NCBI RefSeq assembly: GCF_964204645.1
Contig: NC_134025.1
Coordinates: 31,700,788 to 31,764,787, forward strand
DNA: 64,000 nucleotides
Direction: 5' to 3'
Source of the DNA: Tubulanus polymorphus
Lineage: Eukaryota; Animalia; Nemertea
Shown here one piece after another: positions 1 to 29,845 of this stretch; the first letter of the stretch is position 1; each line of letters starts with the position of its first letter. Under the pieces are notes generated by a model, which worked only from the letters and a program-made list of their open reading frames with translations, was not told the origin of the DNA and searched no databases. The position numbers and the translations under genes were made by a program.

Positions 1-539
1 ATTTCTGAGAAAAAATTGTGTGAAATATGAAACTAAACGGATTATGATAAATATTATGATAATCTGATAATCTTAATACGTTTGATAAAATGAGGATTGA
101 TTTGTGATGTCAATCAAACATTGTACGCCATCTATCAATTGGATATAACACTAAACTAACATCACTAATAGATGTGGGGGTCCCCTCTCTCTGACTCTCT
201 GTATTCCTCTAACTGTGTGTAGGGCTTTAGTTGAAATTCCTGTAGTGCCTGGTGTGAGTCAGTGTTTAACTGTCACTGATCAAACAATCACCTGAATCCC
301 GACACTCTCACGCGAACACTCTCACGCGAACACTCTCACACTGTATGAATTTGTTCTATTTGTGAGTTCATCATTGACTCTTGATTAACAAATCAACATT
401 GAATCATTGAGCACCAGTTCCATCAGCAGCAGCAGCAGCAGCAGCAGCAGCTGCAAGAACCTGTACACGTTCATTCATTAAGTTTTATACACATCCGCAG
501 GTGTCCAGTAGTTATAATTATGATGTATATATATTGCAG

Positions 540-3500
540 GTGTCCGGCTCTTGTAGACGACAATAAGAAAACTCTATCATTCCCAGAATGCAGTGTTGAA
601 GCATTTCAAGATGTTCTCAATTATATTTATCTCGGAAAAGTAAGTAATTAAACGACCTCAGATATATCCTTATAGCCCCTGAACCCTGGGAGTAACGAGG
701 CTGTCTGGAGCACTCCTCTCTCTCTCCTCACTCTCTCCTCTCTCTCCTCTCTCTCCTCTCCTCTCTCTCCTCTCTCTCTCTCCTCTCTCTCTCCCTCCTC
801 TCTCTCTCCCTCTCTCCCTCTCTCCTCTCTCTCCTCTCTCCTCTCCCTCTCCTCTCCCTCTCCTCTCTCCCTCTCTCCTCTCTCTCCTCTCTCTCTCTCT
901 CTCCTCTCTCTCCCTCTCTCCTCTCTCTCCTCTCTCCTCTCCCTCTCCTCTCCCTCTCCTCTCTCCCTCTCTCCTCTCTCTCCTCTCTCTCTCTCTCTCC
1001 TCTCCTCTCTCTCTCCTCTCTCTCTCCTCTCCTCTCTCTCTCTCTCTCCTCTCTCTCTCCTCTCTCTCCTCTCTCTTTTTCTGTGATTCATAACGTATTG
1101 TTGAAAATAACAGGTAATTCTTACTGAAATAATATCACTATTATTACTGTATGCTCCTCGTGGTGTATGATGTTATTCTTATGGATTTAGTATTAGGATT
1201 AGTGTAATTGAATTCTTCAGGGATATGATGTGGGGGGAGGGGGGGTGCTGCTACCTGGGGGGTACCGGTATTGAGGTCATTCGGTACAATCATTCACGTG
1301 TGATACTTATTACAATGTTGTATTTTTTTAAACCTGGTTTAGTGTTATCAGTGTTTAGTAATTCATGCTATGTATTCTTATTGATGCTTGATATACGTGA
1401 ATCAATAATCAATATTATTGATTAGATAGAAAGCAGCTCTGGCTATTGAGTAATCAATTTAGGATACATGTAGTGTCTATGTGCCGAGTCTGATTTCATA
1501 TTAATTGGAATTGGAAAAATAGAAAATTGTCGTTCGGTTCAGAGAGTGATAAAACATCAATATCATGTCTCTCCTCGGGGTGCAGCCCAACATCAGGTAG
1601 AGGGAGGGCTCAATCTACTCCAGGGGGTAGGGTAGTGATGGGAGCAGCCCTACGCCGGGTGAAGGGAGGCTGAATCTACTCCAGGGGGTAGGGTAGTGAT
1701 GGGAGCAGCCCTACGCCGGGTAGAGGGAGGCTCAATCTACTCCAGGGGGTAGGGTAGTGATGGGAGCAGCCCTACGCCGGGTAGAGGGAGGCTGAATCTA
1801 CTCCAGGGGGTAGGGTAGTGATGGGAGCAGCCCTACACCGGGTGAAGGGAGGCTGAATCTACTCCAGGGGGTAGGGTAGTGATGGGAGCAGCCCTACGCC
1901 GGGTAAAGGGAGGCTGAATCTACTCCAGGGGGTAGGGTAGTGATGGGAGCAGCCCTACGCCGGGTAAAGGGAGGCTGAATCTACTCCAGGGGGTAGGGTA
2001 GTGATGGGAGCTGCCCTACGCCGGGTAAAGGGAGGCTGAATCTACTCCAGGGGATAGGGTAGTGATGGGAGCAGCCCTACATGGGGGTAAAGGGAGGCTG
2101 AATCTACTCCAGGGGGTAGGGTAGTGATGGGAGCAGCCCTACGCCGGGTAGAGGGAGGCTGAATCTACTCCAGGGGGTAGGGTAGTGATGGGAGCAGCCC
2201 TACGCCGGGTAAAGGGAGGCTGAATCTACTCCAGGGGGTAGGGTAGTGATGGGAGCAGCCCTACGCCGGGTGAAGGGAGGCTGAATCTACTCCAGGGGGT
2301 AGGGTAGTTACTGGAGCAGTCCCACACTGATCCTGCGGAGCAGGGTAGTTACTGGAGCAGTCCCACACCGATCCGGCGGAGCAGTGTAGTAATATATGAC
2401 CAGCAAGGTGTGGTTGAAGCTATCTATGTCAGTAAAAATGTGGTAAATTTTGAAGTCATCACAGATTGATTGACTATGATGTGATGATTCATTGTGCTGC
2501 TGCTGCTGCTGCTGCTGTGCTGGTATGCTGAGTATGTGCCGGTATTCACAGACCCTCTAGGCTCAAACCCCTCACTCACTCACTCAGTCACTCACTGATT
2601 ATATAATATACATGACTCAGCTATATCTGTGCGTAGTGCATCTTCAGGTCAACCCCCCCCTCTCTCCTCAGCACCACTAACACAAAATTCATTGATTCCT
2701 GTTGTTGTAGGGGTCAGTAGTTTGTTCAGAAGTTGCTCAGGATCCAATTCCACACGTTGTGAATCAGAGTTAAAATTTGTTCCTATTTTCAATGTGTCAA
2801 ATCTCAACTCACAAATGTGGAACTGGATCCTTGTCGTTATCAGTGTAGGGGATTATCCTGTGGGATTATCTCTCTCATAGATTTAAACCTATTAAACTCA
2901 GTGGACCAGCAGCAGCAGCAGCAGCAGCAGTGCATCCTGGGGAGGGAGGGGTGGAGTCAGTCGACCACAAATCACTGATAAACAGATTATAAAATTATTT
3001 ACAGTCAATAATTTAAACTCAAATCACAAACTGTCAATTTATCAAAGTCGATGAAAATAGAAATTCTTAAATCATAGTTTTGGAGGAGGGAGGACAGGGC
3101 ATGTGGAACGTGGGCTGTGAGGACAGGGCATGTGGAACGTGGGCTGTGAGGACAGGGCATGTGGAACGTGGGCTGTGAGGACAGGGCATGTGGAACTTGG
3201 GCTGTGAGGACAGGGAGGACAGGGCATGTGGAACGTGGGCTGTGAGGACAGGGCATGTGGAACGTGGGCTGTGAGGACAGGGCATGTGGAACGTGGGCTG
3301 TGAGGACAGGGCATGTGGAACGTGGGCTGGGAGGACAGGGCATGTGGAACGTGGGCTGTGAGGACAGGGCATGTGGAACGTGGGCTGTGAGGACAGGGCA
3401 TGTGGAACTTGGGCTGTGAGGACAGGGAGGACAGGGCATGTGGAACGTGGGCTGTGAGGACAGGGCATGTGGAACGTGGGCTGTGAGGACAGGGCATGTG

Positions 3501-3999
3501 GAACGTGGGCTGTGAGGACAGGGCATGTGGAACGTGGGCAGTCTCACTTCAAGTTTATTAGTTATCGAAACGTAGAATTGATTTTTAGTCCTCCGGTCAC
3601 ACACAAGGGGTCCCTCTTTTCCCTTCCTCCCCCTCCCTCCCCTCCCTCCCCCTCCCTCGACTGTAAGCAACAGTCAACAGTATAAATCTATGAGAGGAAA
3701 TCATCTCGCTCAAGGACGAGTTTGTAAAATTGTGTCTTCATCAGTCGATTGTTAGTTGATGTGTCATGTCATTTATTGTATGAGTCATAGAGTCTCTCAT
3801 CGACTCAGTCAGTCAACGACTCAGTCAGTCGACTCCAGTCGTAGTCACATTCCAATCTGGAAATAGTTGCAACTTGATGATCATTTATAGAAACATCGTT
3901 TTACATAATTTCATTGAACGCTTGAGACTCACCGCGGAGTAAGTGAGACACAGAGAGTGAGACAGACTCACCGTGGAGTAAGAGAGAGAGAGAGAGAGA

Positions 4000-4034
<35 letters not shown>

Positions 4035-7000
4035 ACAGACTCACCGTGGAGTAAGAGAGAGAGAGAGTGAGTGAGACTCACCGCAGAGTAAGTGAGACAC
4101 AGAGAGTGAGAGACAGACTCACCGCGGAGTAAGAGAGAGAGAGAGAGTGAGAGTGAGAGAGTGAGACGGACTCACCGCGGAGTAAGAGAGTGAGACGGAC
4201 TCACCGCGGAGTAAGAGAGTGAGACGGACTCACCGCGGAGTAAGAGAGTGAGACAGACTCACCGCGGAGTAAGAGAGAGAGAGAGAGTGAGAGTGAGAGA
4301 GTGAGACGGACTCACCGCGGAGTAAGAGAGTGAGACGGACTCACCGCGGAGTAAGAGAGTGAGACAGACTCACCGCGGAGACACAGTGAGACACAGAGAG
4401 TGAGAGACAGACTCACCGCAGAGTAAGAGAGAGAGAGAGTGAGAGACAGACTCACCGCGGAGACACAGTGAGACACAGAGAGTGAGAGACAGACTCACCG
4501 CAGAGTAAGAGAGAGAGAGAGTGAGAGACAGACTCACCGCGGAGTAAGAGTGAGAGAGTAGACGGACTCACCGCGGAGTAAGAGAGACACAGAGAGTGAG
4601 AGACAGACTCACCGTGGAGTAAGTGAGACAGAGAGAGAGAAAGGGAGAGGGAGAGGGAGAGTCCTAGCCCTCACTCATGTCCTAGCCCTCACCCCTGTCC
4701 CAGCTCCATGGCCCACTCCTGTCCTAGCCCTTCCTTGTTTCTTCTTGTAACCTGTCAAGATGAAACTAAATATCTAGAACCCTCAGGATACTGAGATACT
4801 GTCTCTCCCAGTACCCACCTTACTCAATCCCACATTGAACAGTTCTCATTTTAAGACATAGAAATCATGTTTCTGATAAAAATTTGCAAGAAAGCAATTT
4901 CATGTAGAGATTGATGATTTGTACATCTCATATTGATCATCAGTGTCAACTCTATTTACAGCTTCTCAATTTACAATTTTGTGTGGGTTTTACATTTCCA
5001 CGTAGGAAGCATTCGTATGGTTTCAGTCCATGACATTTACTCCTAAAACTGTTTGATTGATTCAATATTCTGGTTTTCAGAAATTGTGTAAAATAGAATT
5101 AAAACCCACTTCATAAACGTGTTCAAAAACGAATGAGTGGTTTCTGAAACACCGAGTCAAAAACTAAAGTCAGTCTGAAACATTCAATTAATTTTCAATT
5201 CTTAATTCTTCTGGGACTGGTTCCATAGTCATGGCTTAGACTTAAGACCAGTGTAAGACCATGTTAGTTCTATAGCCAATCTAACAACTTAAGATGAGTC
5301 TTAAGATTTATGACCACTTTTGGACTTAAGCCCTGTCTATGGAACCGGACCCTGGTCTATTCTCCACGTCTGAATGAACAGGAACTGATGAATATTTTGT
5401 TTTTATTTTCAGGTAACGTTAAAGACCGATAATATTCTCGATATTTTAATGGTCGCCAGTGAACTGAGGTTAGATAAACTGAAACAAAATGCTGAGAGTT
5501 TCGTTTATGACGCAATGACCGTTGACAACGCCTGTAACATGATGGATAAAGCTATGAAAATTACAGGTCAGTTTCATTTATTAGAAAGAGGTTTGGGGGG
5601 AGAGGGATGAGAGGGAGGTGGGGAGAGGGAGAGAGGGGATGAGAGTGAGGTGGGGAGAGGAGGGGGGAGGGAGGGGGAGAGAGTGATGGTGTATGAGAGA
5701 GAGATATCAAATTTCAGGTCAAAATTCATAAAATCTGTTCATTATTTTGAATGCTAGTTTTCTGTGTGATTATATTTCAGGACCTGATGGAGATCTGTTT
5801 AATCAATGTATGGAGTTTGTTGAAGAACACGCTGAAGATTGTATTGATTCAGATGGATGGTTACAGATCTCTAAACAAACTCTTTGTAAACTCATTTCAT
5901 CTGATCATGTGAGTTCAAAAAACTCTACAATCACAAACTCTTTGAGTTCGCTTTATAGTTTTTACTTCGGCCAGTAGGTGTCAGCACGTGATGGATGGTT
6001 TCTATTTAATTTCTAGTTTTCTGTTGAGGAAGATTTGATTTGGCAATCAGTTTTATCCTGGGCGAAATATCAGGTTGGAATCTCTGAGGAGAGTAAACCT
6101 GTCGATTGGAGCGAGGAAGAGAAGGAGAAAATCAAACAGGTAATTATTGTCATCATTCCTTTCCTCTTCACTTTTGGGTCACTAATCAGGTGACGCAACA
6201 CCCTCGGTATTTTGTGGTGCCCAAAAGAAATTGCACTCAAAACTCAATACAATTAAGTCAACTAATTTTGCCCTCAGATATTGCCCGTGAAGTCCTCAGA
6301 TATTGCCCGTGAAGTCCTCAGATATTGCCCTCAGATATTGCCCGTGAAGTCCTCAGATATTGCCCGTGAAGCCCTCAGATATTGCCCTCAGATATTGCCC
6401 GTGAAGTCCTCAGATATTGCCCGTGAAGCCCTCAGATATTGCCCTCAGATATTGCCCGTGAAGTCCTCAGATATTGCCCGTGAAGTCCTCAGATATTGCC
6501 CTCAGATATTGCCCGTGAAGTCCTCAGATATTGCCCGTGAAGCCCTCAGATATTGCCCTCAGATATTGCCCGTGAAGTCCTCAGATATTGCCCTCAGATA
6601 TTGCCCGTGAAGTCCTCAGATATTGCCCGTGAAGCCCTCAGATATTGCCCTCAGATATTGCCCGTGAAGTCCTCAGATATTGCCCTCAGATATTGCCCGT
6701 GAAGTCCTCAGATATTGCCCTCAGATATTGCCCGTGAAGTCCTCAGATATTGCCCGTGAAGTCCTCAGATATTGCCCGTGAAGTCCTCAGATATTGCCCG
6801 TGAAGCCCTCAGATATTGCCCATGGATTATAATGGTGTTTATAATGTATATGTTACTCTTGGTTTAAGGTTATGGAAGGAGTTCCGGAACATATTCGATT
6901 GTTACAATTAACGAGTAGTACGTTTGCTGAAGAGGTCGAACCTACCGGACTTATACCCATAGAAACGGCGTTAAAATAGTGAGTAGCTCCCTCTATACTA

Positions 7001-9562
7001 GTCTCACACTCCCTCTACTGGTGAAACTAAACACTAAACAGGTAAAATGATGTTTTGTAGTTACAGATGCGCAGCTGTACCGCATAAATTCCGTAACCTA
7101 GACGACCCATTGTTGATACCACGTACGCCGTTGAATCTGTTTCAAGGAACTCAAATACTGAATAAAAACAATCGCGGTTTACAGAAAAAACTCAATGAAT
7201 GGTAAAATATCTTCACCCGATCAGATATTAATGATGTTTTAAAAGATTATAAGATACACAATCCAGAATTAAGAGACTGATTAGGATTAAAAACTCAAGG
7301 AAACATTTTCAAATTATTTTTATGGGATATTATCTGACTATATTGTGTGTAGGCATGGTAAACTATCGACTAAATGGGAATTATTGTACCGAGCTTCACG
7401 AGATGGTTCAACTGCTGATAGATTTCATCATTTCTGTGATGGATATGCTCCGACTTATATCATCATGAAGGTAAGAATGAAAGTTTTATTTCAATTTTAT
7501 TGCTATTTGCAAATTTTGGGGTTAGTAATCAAAATTTCTAAATTTTAATACAAAAACAGCTTCCGCCATCTATCCATAATAAACGGTACTAAATGTTGTA
7601 ATACCGATGACTGTACAGTGCTGCCACGTGGTGGTCAGGTTGTGAACCTAGAACATAACTATAAAACTTTCCTTAAGATATGAAATTTAACCCAATACTG
7701 CTGCAAATGCAGAGAAACATGTTTTATTTGGGGCCTTGTTCTAATTGTTTATAACTACTGGTAATGCACCAGTTAATGCAGATACCAACATCAGCTGCAA
7801 AAATCCCACAAATTCAAACATTAGGAGCCAGCTCCACAGTCCTGGATCCAGCTCCACAGTCCTGGATCCAGTTCCACAGTCCTGAGTTAAAATCGGTTTT
7901 CAGTGTTTAAATTCCAGAGTCAAATCTTAACTCACAGTTGTGGATTTGGGTCGATGTTAACAACCTGTAATTGAATAAGGTGTGATGTATTATATTTTGT
8001 AGGGTAAGAATGGAAATGTTGCTGGTGGTTTTAGTGATGTCCCGTGGACTAGTTGTGCTCCGGCTAAAGGACTTTATAGATCTTCCTATCAGTAAGTACT
8101 CTCTCCTTCTGCAGTGGAACCACAGTCTCTCATTTACTCTCCTTCTGCAGTGGAACCACAGTCTCTCATTTACTCTCCTTCTGCAGTGGAACCACAGTCT
8201 CTCATTTACTCTCCTTCTGCAGTGGAACCACAGTCTCTCATTTACTCTCCTTCTGCAGTGGAACCACGGTCTCTCATTTACTCTCCTTCTGCAGTGGAAC
8301 CACAGTCTCTCATTTACTCTCCTTCTGCAGTGGAACCACAGTCTCTCATTTACTCTCCTTCTGCAGTGGAACCACAGTCTCTCATTTACTCTCCTTCTGC
8401 AGTGGAACCATGGTCTCTCATTTACTCTCCTTCTGCAGTGGAACCACGGTCTCTCATTTACTCACCTTCTGCAGTGGAACCACAGTCTCTCATTTACTCA
8501 CCTTCTGCAGTGGAACCACAGTCTCTCATTTACTCTCCTTCTGCAGTGGAACCACAGTCTCTCATTTACTCTCCTTCTGCAGTGGAACCACGGTCTCTCA
8601 TTTACTCTCCTTCTGCAGTGGAACCACAGTCTCTCATTTACTCTCCTTCTGCAGTGGAACCACAGTCTCTCATTTACTCTCCTTCCGCAGTGGAACCACA
8701 GTCTCTCATTTACTCTCCTTTTGCAGTGGAACCACAGTCTCTCATTTACTCTCCTTCTGCAGTGGAACCACAGTCTCTCATTTACTCTCCTTCTGCAGTG
8801 GAACCACAGTCTCTCATTTACTCTCCTTCTGCAGTGGAACCACAGTCTCTCATTTACTCTCCTTCTGCAGTGGTCGTTAGTTAACTCAATAATTGATACG
8901 TATTATTTTTTAGAGCGTTTCTATTTACACTGATAAATAAACAAGACGTCCCTCCGTCGAAATTCAGAGTTTTACATCATAATTTCGCGACAGTTCATCA
9001 TCCCAGGTACGTTTCAGTTAGCCATCAAATAGTGTTAGCCATCAAATAGTGTGAGACATCAAATAGTGTTAGCCATCAAATAGTGTTAGCCATCAAATAA
9101 TGTTAGCCATCAAATAGTGTTAGCCATCAAATGGTAGCTATCAAATGAAATGTTGATTCAAACTAGATTTTGATCAGTATTAGAAATCAGAAATAGAAGA
9201 TCCATGTCACAGTCGGTACGATTTCTATCAGAAAGTCAAGACATCATTTAATCTTGTAACTTAAGGCTCTGACACCAATTTATTCAAGTTAGCAAAATTT
9301 GTGACTGAATTTATTCTTGTTTTGTATTTGTTGAATGTTTATTGTAAATTTTAGATTATTTTTGATTGAATCTAATTGTAGTTATGGACCGATATTTGGA
9401 GCTGGTGCCGATTTATCGATATCTGGTAATTGTTTTACTGGTTGTGAATGTTACACTAATCTACCCCACAGTTACCTCGGAGATCAAGCATCTAATAAAC
9501 TATTAATGGATTCGTATTATTTCGATTTGGCCGATTACGAAGTGTTTACCCCGATACGTTGA
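540..9562 (+). CDS. BTB/POZ-BACK-TLDc domain protein (5' partial; 10 exons in window)
   Basis: Phase-consistent GT-AG exons 540-639, 5413-5566, 5781-5908, 6017-6139, 6869-6978, 7061-7201, 7353-7470, 8003-8091, 8914-9006, 9382-9562. They encode a BTB end (EAFQDVLNYIYLGKVTL), BACK (WLQISKQTLCKLISSD, EEDLIWQSVLSW, HIRL) and TLDc (WELLYRASRDG, FHHFCDG, GGFS, AFLFTL, YGPIFG, YEVF). Confidence 0.88.
714..1078. repeat. CT-rich low-complexity tract
   Basis: Irregular (CT)n/(CCT)n tract; source of the spurious E/R-rich ORF. Confidence 0.95.
1597..2310. repeat. ~61-bp G-rich minisatellite, ~12 copies
   Basis: Unit ggtagagggaggctgaatctactccagggggtagggtagtgatgggagcagccctacgccg, intronic. Confidence 0.93.
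2739..2830. mobile_element. Short MITE-like element (family B)
   Basis: Terminal inverted repeats GGATCCAATTCCACA ... TGTGGAACTGGATCC; related copy at ~7863-7952. Confidence 0.55.
3090..3539. repeat. 29-bp minisatellite, ~15 copies
   Basis: Unit gaggacagggcatgtggaacgtgggctgt. Confidence 0.95.
3924..4640. repeat. Compound repeat: conserved GACTCACCGCGGAGTAAG core with variable GA-rich spacers
   Basis: Core recurs more than 15 times, separated by (GA)n/GAGAGT tracts of varying length. Confidence 0.9.
5214..5352. mobile_element. MITE family A (PIF/Harbinger-like), copy 1
   Basis: TIRs GGTTCCATAG...CTATGGAACC flanked by CTG; homologous copies at 55315-55440 and 61987-62120, remnant near 42410-42495. 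Confidence 0.75.
6268..6820. repeat. Minisatellite of mixed long and short units
   Basis: cctcagatattgcccgtgaagt interspersed with cctcagatattgc. Confidence 0.93.
7863..7952. mobile_element. Short MITE-like element (family B), copy 2
   Basis: GGATCCAGTTCCACAG...CTCACAGTTGTGGATTTGGGTC, similar to 2739-2830; left end tandemly repeated. Confidence 0.5.
8099..8872. repeat. 33-bp intronic minisatellite, ~23 copies
   Basis: Unit ctctccttctgcagtggaaccacagtctctcattta-type, filling the intron between TLDc exons. Confidence 0.95.
9017..9145. repeat. 17-bp minisatellite
   Basis: tagccatcaaatagtgt, ~7 copies. Confidence 0.9.
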
Positions 9563-11188
9563 TCATGTGACCACCGACGATACCCCGTGGATCTCGCGAG
9601 GATGGCCCGCAGGCCCCGTAGACCGAGCTGCTCCAAACTGCTCGTCAGAATCTATCGTAAAACTTTTAGTCAAAATCTATCGAATTCTGTTATTTATTTA
9701 TTAATTTCTATGAGTGAAATCTTGTAGTATTTCTGTTTTTGTTTTCGATACACTGTATTGTATTGTATCTAATGTTTGATACATTGTAAACATTGTATTA
9801 AGTCTTGTACTTTCCGTCCACTGTTTGTTACATTGTATCCGATGTACATATTTTGTTGCTATGTAGAAATTTTTATATCATTTAATTTCTTTACACTATA
9901 AACATGATATGTTAAAGTGAATGGTGTTTACACAGACTACTCCGATAAAGTTCAAGTAATGTCTATTTATATAAAGACAATATTTGATTATATTTTATCT
10001 TATGGACATTTTTTTAATGAGTTGATAAAATCACTGTTTAAACTTCCTCATTCAAATAGATATCTCTGGTTTATGAGTTCTTTACAAACCAATAATTTAT
10101 CGATGATTTCAACTCTTTGGTTTTTGTTTCATATTGACAAGGAAAAATAGATGCAATTTATAATGAATCATTATCAGATGATATTCTATTGTCTGATGGG
10201 TGTAAAATGGAGCCCTAGATTTATCTGACTCATTCGCTGCTATTGTTGTTACATCCAAACGAGATCAATAATATTTTTACCCACGTTTTTCTGTACAATG
10301 CGTATAAATTATTAACGTCATCTCAAATATTGTAACGATGTAACTGAAATGTGAGATATCACACATTCGTTACATCGTTACGATCGCTATATCTCGATAT
10401 AACCGTGTGATATATCATATATCAGTACATTCATTCCAAACATTTTTGAGATATTACTCGTAGACATTATCATCAGTCGAGATATTATCATTATCGATAT
10501 CGATATTTTGTGTACATTCCAATGAGATTTATTATGAATATTTTATACACAGCTGAGCACATCTGACTGTATATATTTTCTATATATTTTGATAACTGCC
10601 TTTATTGGGCGCTGCTGTATATTTGATATAGGTGTATATATACACACACCATTTCGGTGATTATTATTAGTAAACCAGATTCTATTTAACCCAGTATTTA
10701 TTTATTATAAACTTTTTCCAACTATTTTGTTTCGTATTGAAAATAAACGTCTGATTTCTATAAAGTTGTTTTATTTATATATATTTCTCCTGGAAGTCTG
10801 TGACCTCTCCTGGTGAGACCTCTCTGTTGTTGAATTCGCAGTATTTTGACAGATCGTTAACTCCACGTGCTCGATGTTTACAACTACAGATATATTTAGT
10901 AACATTATGCCTGGGTCAATGTCTAATCCAATCAAAATTCACTTCCGTCGCACGCTTACGAGCTCGCTGATTGGCTATCGCGGATAGACCGGTATAGTAG
11001 ACGCGCTATGATTGGATGTTGTATGGTAGTAGTGTATGATACAGTAACGGGGTGCCCATGGCTGCCAGTACTGAATACCGGCACCTCTCACCGCGGTACT
11101 GTGGTGACTAGAGGTTGTATTACCGGTATTACAGGCTGATATATGTATGGATGATAAAACGGACTGCAACAGGCAGGACACCGCCGCC

Positions 11189-27616
<16,428 letters not shown>

Positions 27617-28399
27617 GAATAGGTTACTATTAGTTACATACTGTTTGCGTTGTTGCCGTCGTCGCTATAGGAACCGATCTGCGCTGTATCAGGTGCTCTG
27701 AAACCTGTGCCAAATATTGTTTAACGAATGATTATAATCCAGTCGCGTGGTGGCGCCACCTGTCACGATCGGACGAGTTCGGCCTTTCTACCATTCGGAT
27801 CGTATGATCACAGTTGAATTGTTGCCATAGCGATACAGAGTAATGAACTCATCAGCAACAATAGCACGTTTATCAGTGAATCAGTAACTGGGGGGGTGGG
27901 GAGTGGGGGGATGGGGGGGAGAGTGTGAGGGATGATGTGAGTGTATATGTATTAGATACAGTACTGTAAGTCTAGACTATTTTATTGATTTATTCCTCTC
28001 AGTCAGACGTACTCACCACCGCAGTACTCTGTATACCGGTACAATGAGAATTATCTCTAACCGGGTAACGGCTACAGGTATCGCTGGGTAAACCTGTTCT
28101 CTACGTCGGGTCGGGGCTACTGTCTGTGAGAATAGTATCCTAGAATGTGCAGCTATGTATCCATCAGAGACAGAGAGAGAGCGAGAGAGAGAGACAGTGA
28201 GACAGAGAGAGACAGAGAGAGAGACAGAGAGAGAGACAGTGAGAGAGCGCGAGCTCGGTATAAATCAATATCACTGACAACAGAGAGAGGACTCTATTAA
28301 TTTTCAGTTCTTGTTTATTGATTATTTATTTATAAAACAGACGTCAATTCAATCATTGCTATAAATAGAACTCAATCCACACCAGAAACTGTATACACC

Positions 28400-28925
28400 G
28401 ACATACAGACATACAATCATACAGACATACCATCATACACTCATACAGACATACAAACATACACTCATACAGACATACCATCATACACTCATACAGACAT
28501 ACAATCATACAGACATACACTCATACAGACATACCATCATACAGACATACCATCATACACTCATACAGACATACAAACATACACTCATACAGACATACCA
28601 TCATACACTCATACAGACATACAATCATACAGACATACAATCATACAGACATACACTCATACAGACATACAATCATACAGACATACCATCATACAGATGT
28701 ACAATCATACAGACATACTGCCATTAAAACATACAGACATACAATCATACAGACATACAATCATACAGACATACAATCATACAGACTTACACTCGTACAG
28801 ACATACCATCATACAGACATACACTCATACAGACTTACACTCGTACAGACATACAATCATACAGACATACTGCCATTAAAACATACAGACATACAAACAT
28901 ACAGACATACACTCATACAGACATT
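28400..28925. repeat. ACAT/ACAG-based short-unit satellite
   Basis: catacagacatacaat / catacact units. Confidence 0.92.
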
Positions 28926-29538
28926 TTTCAGACATTCATAAAGATATTCAGTCATACAACATTGAATGAGGTCTAGTAAGCCTGGTAATGTCCTCATGAG
29001 GATATTTAGTTGTACAAGGTCTGATTGTTGAGGGTTTTCAATATAAAACGTGTTTGGTTTAAATCTAAATCAATATTTCCTGAATCTTCAAATTACACGT
29101 ATATACATATAACAGCTTGTTTTAATTATATATATTGGATTCCGATAGAAACACTTTAACAGGACCCTGGTTTAGCAGGACCCTCGTTCACCAGTTCACC
29201 TAGCCCACACCGGTGATGACTATTAAGGATACTATTCTCAGAACCCGGATATTTCTAACAATTTAATTTGATTGTATTGTATTGATATCACATGTGGGTT
29301 CAATTGTGAAATTGTAATTCTCTGAATTCAATATTAATTTCATTATTAAACTAATTGTGAATGATTGGTGTTTTAGTTCACTCAGACTCAGACTCAATGG
29401 CAGCAGCACCAAATATTTTACTGTACTTAAATGTGCTTCGTTTTTATTTCTGTAAAAAGTTTATTTATCAAAATTTTTCTATATATTTTGATAAATAAAA
29501 TAAGACAATGATTTAGGGTCATGGACCCGGAGATAATG

Positions 29539-29845
29539 GTGGGGAATACCCCTCAGTGGGGAATACCCCTCAGTGGGGAATACCCATCAGTGGGGATACC
29601 CCTCAGTGGGGATATCTTAGCAGGGGATACCCCTCAGTGGGGGATACCCCTCAGTGGGATATGTCTTAGTAGGGGATACCCCTCAGTGGGGATATCTCTT
29701 AGTAGGGGCTACCCCTCAGTGGGATATCTCTTATTAGGAAATACCCCTTAGAGGGGATATCTTAGCAGGGGATACCCCTCAATGGGGATACCCCTCAGTG
29801 GGATATCTCCTTGTTGGGGATACCCCTCAGTGGGGGATACCCCTT
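29539..29845. repeat. Hairpin-forming GGGGATACCCC minisatellite
   Basis: ggggatacccctcagt units with an internal inverted repeat. Confidence 0.88.

Noticed and set aside
648-1091. E/R-rich 147-aa ORF
   Set aside because: Reverse translation of a CT microsatellite.
3005-3670. Cys/His-rich ORFs resembling metal-binding repeats
   Set aside because: A 29-bp unit read through rotating frames; intronic.
3924-4640. CRISPR-like array (hairpin core with variable spacers)
   Set aside because: Spacers are GA microsatellite variants rather than unique sequences; eukaryotic intron; no cas genes.
8010-8933. 307, 256 and 156 aa ORFs
   Set aside because: Translations of the 33-bp repeat inside a TLDc-gene intron.
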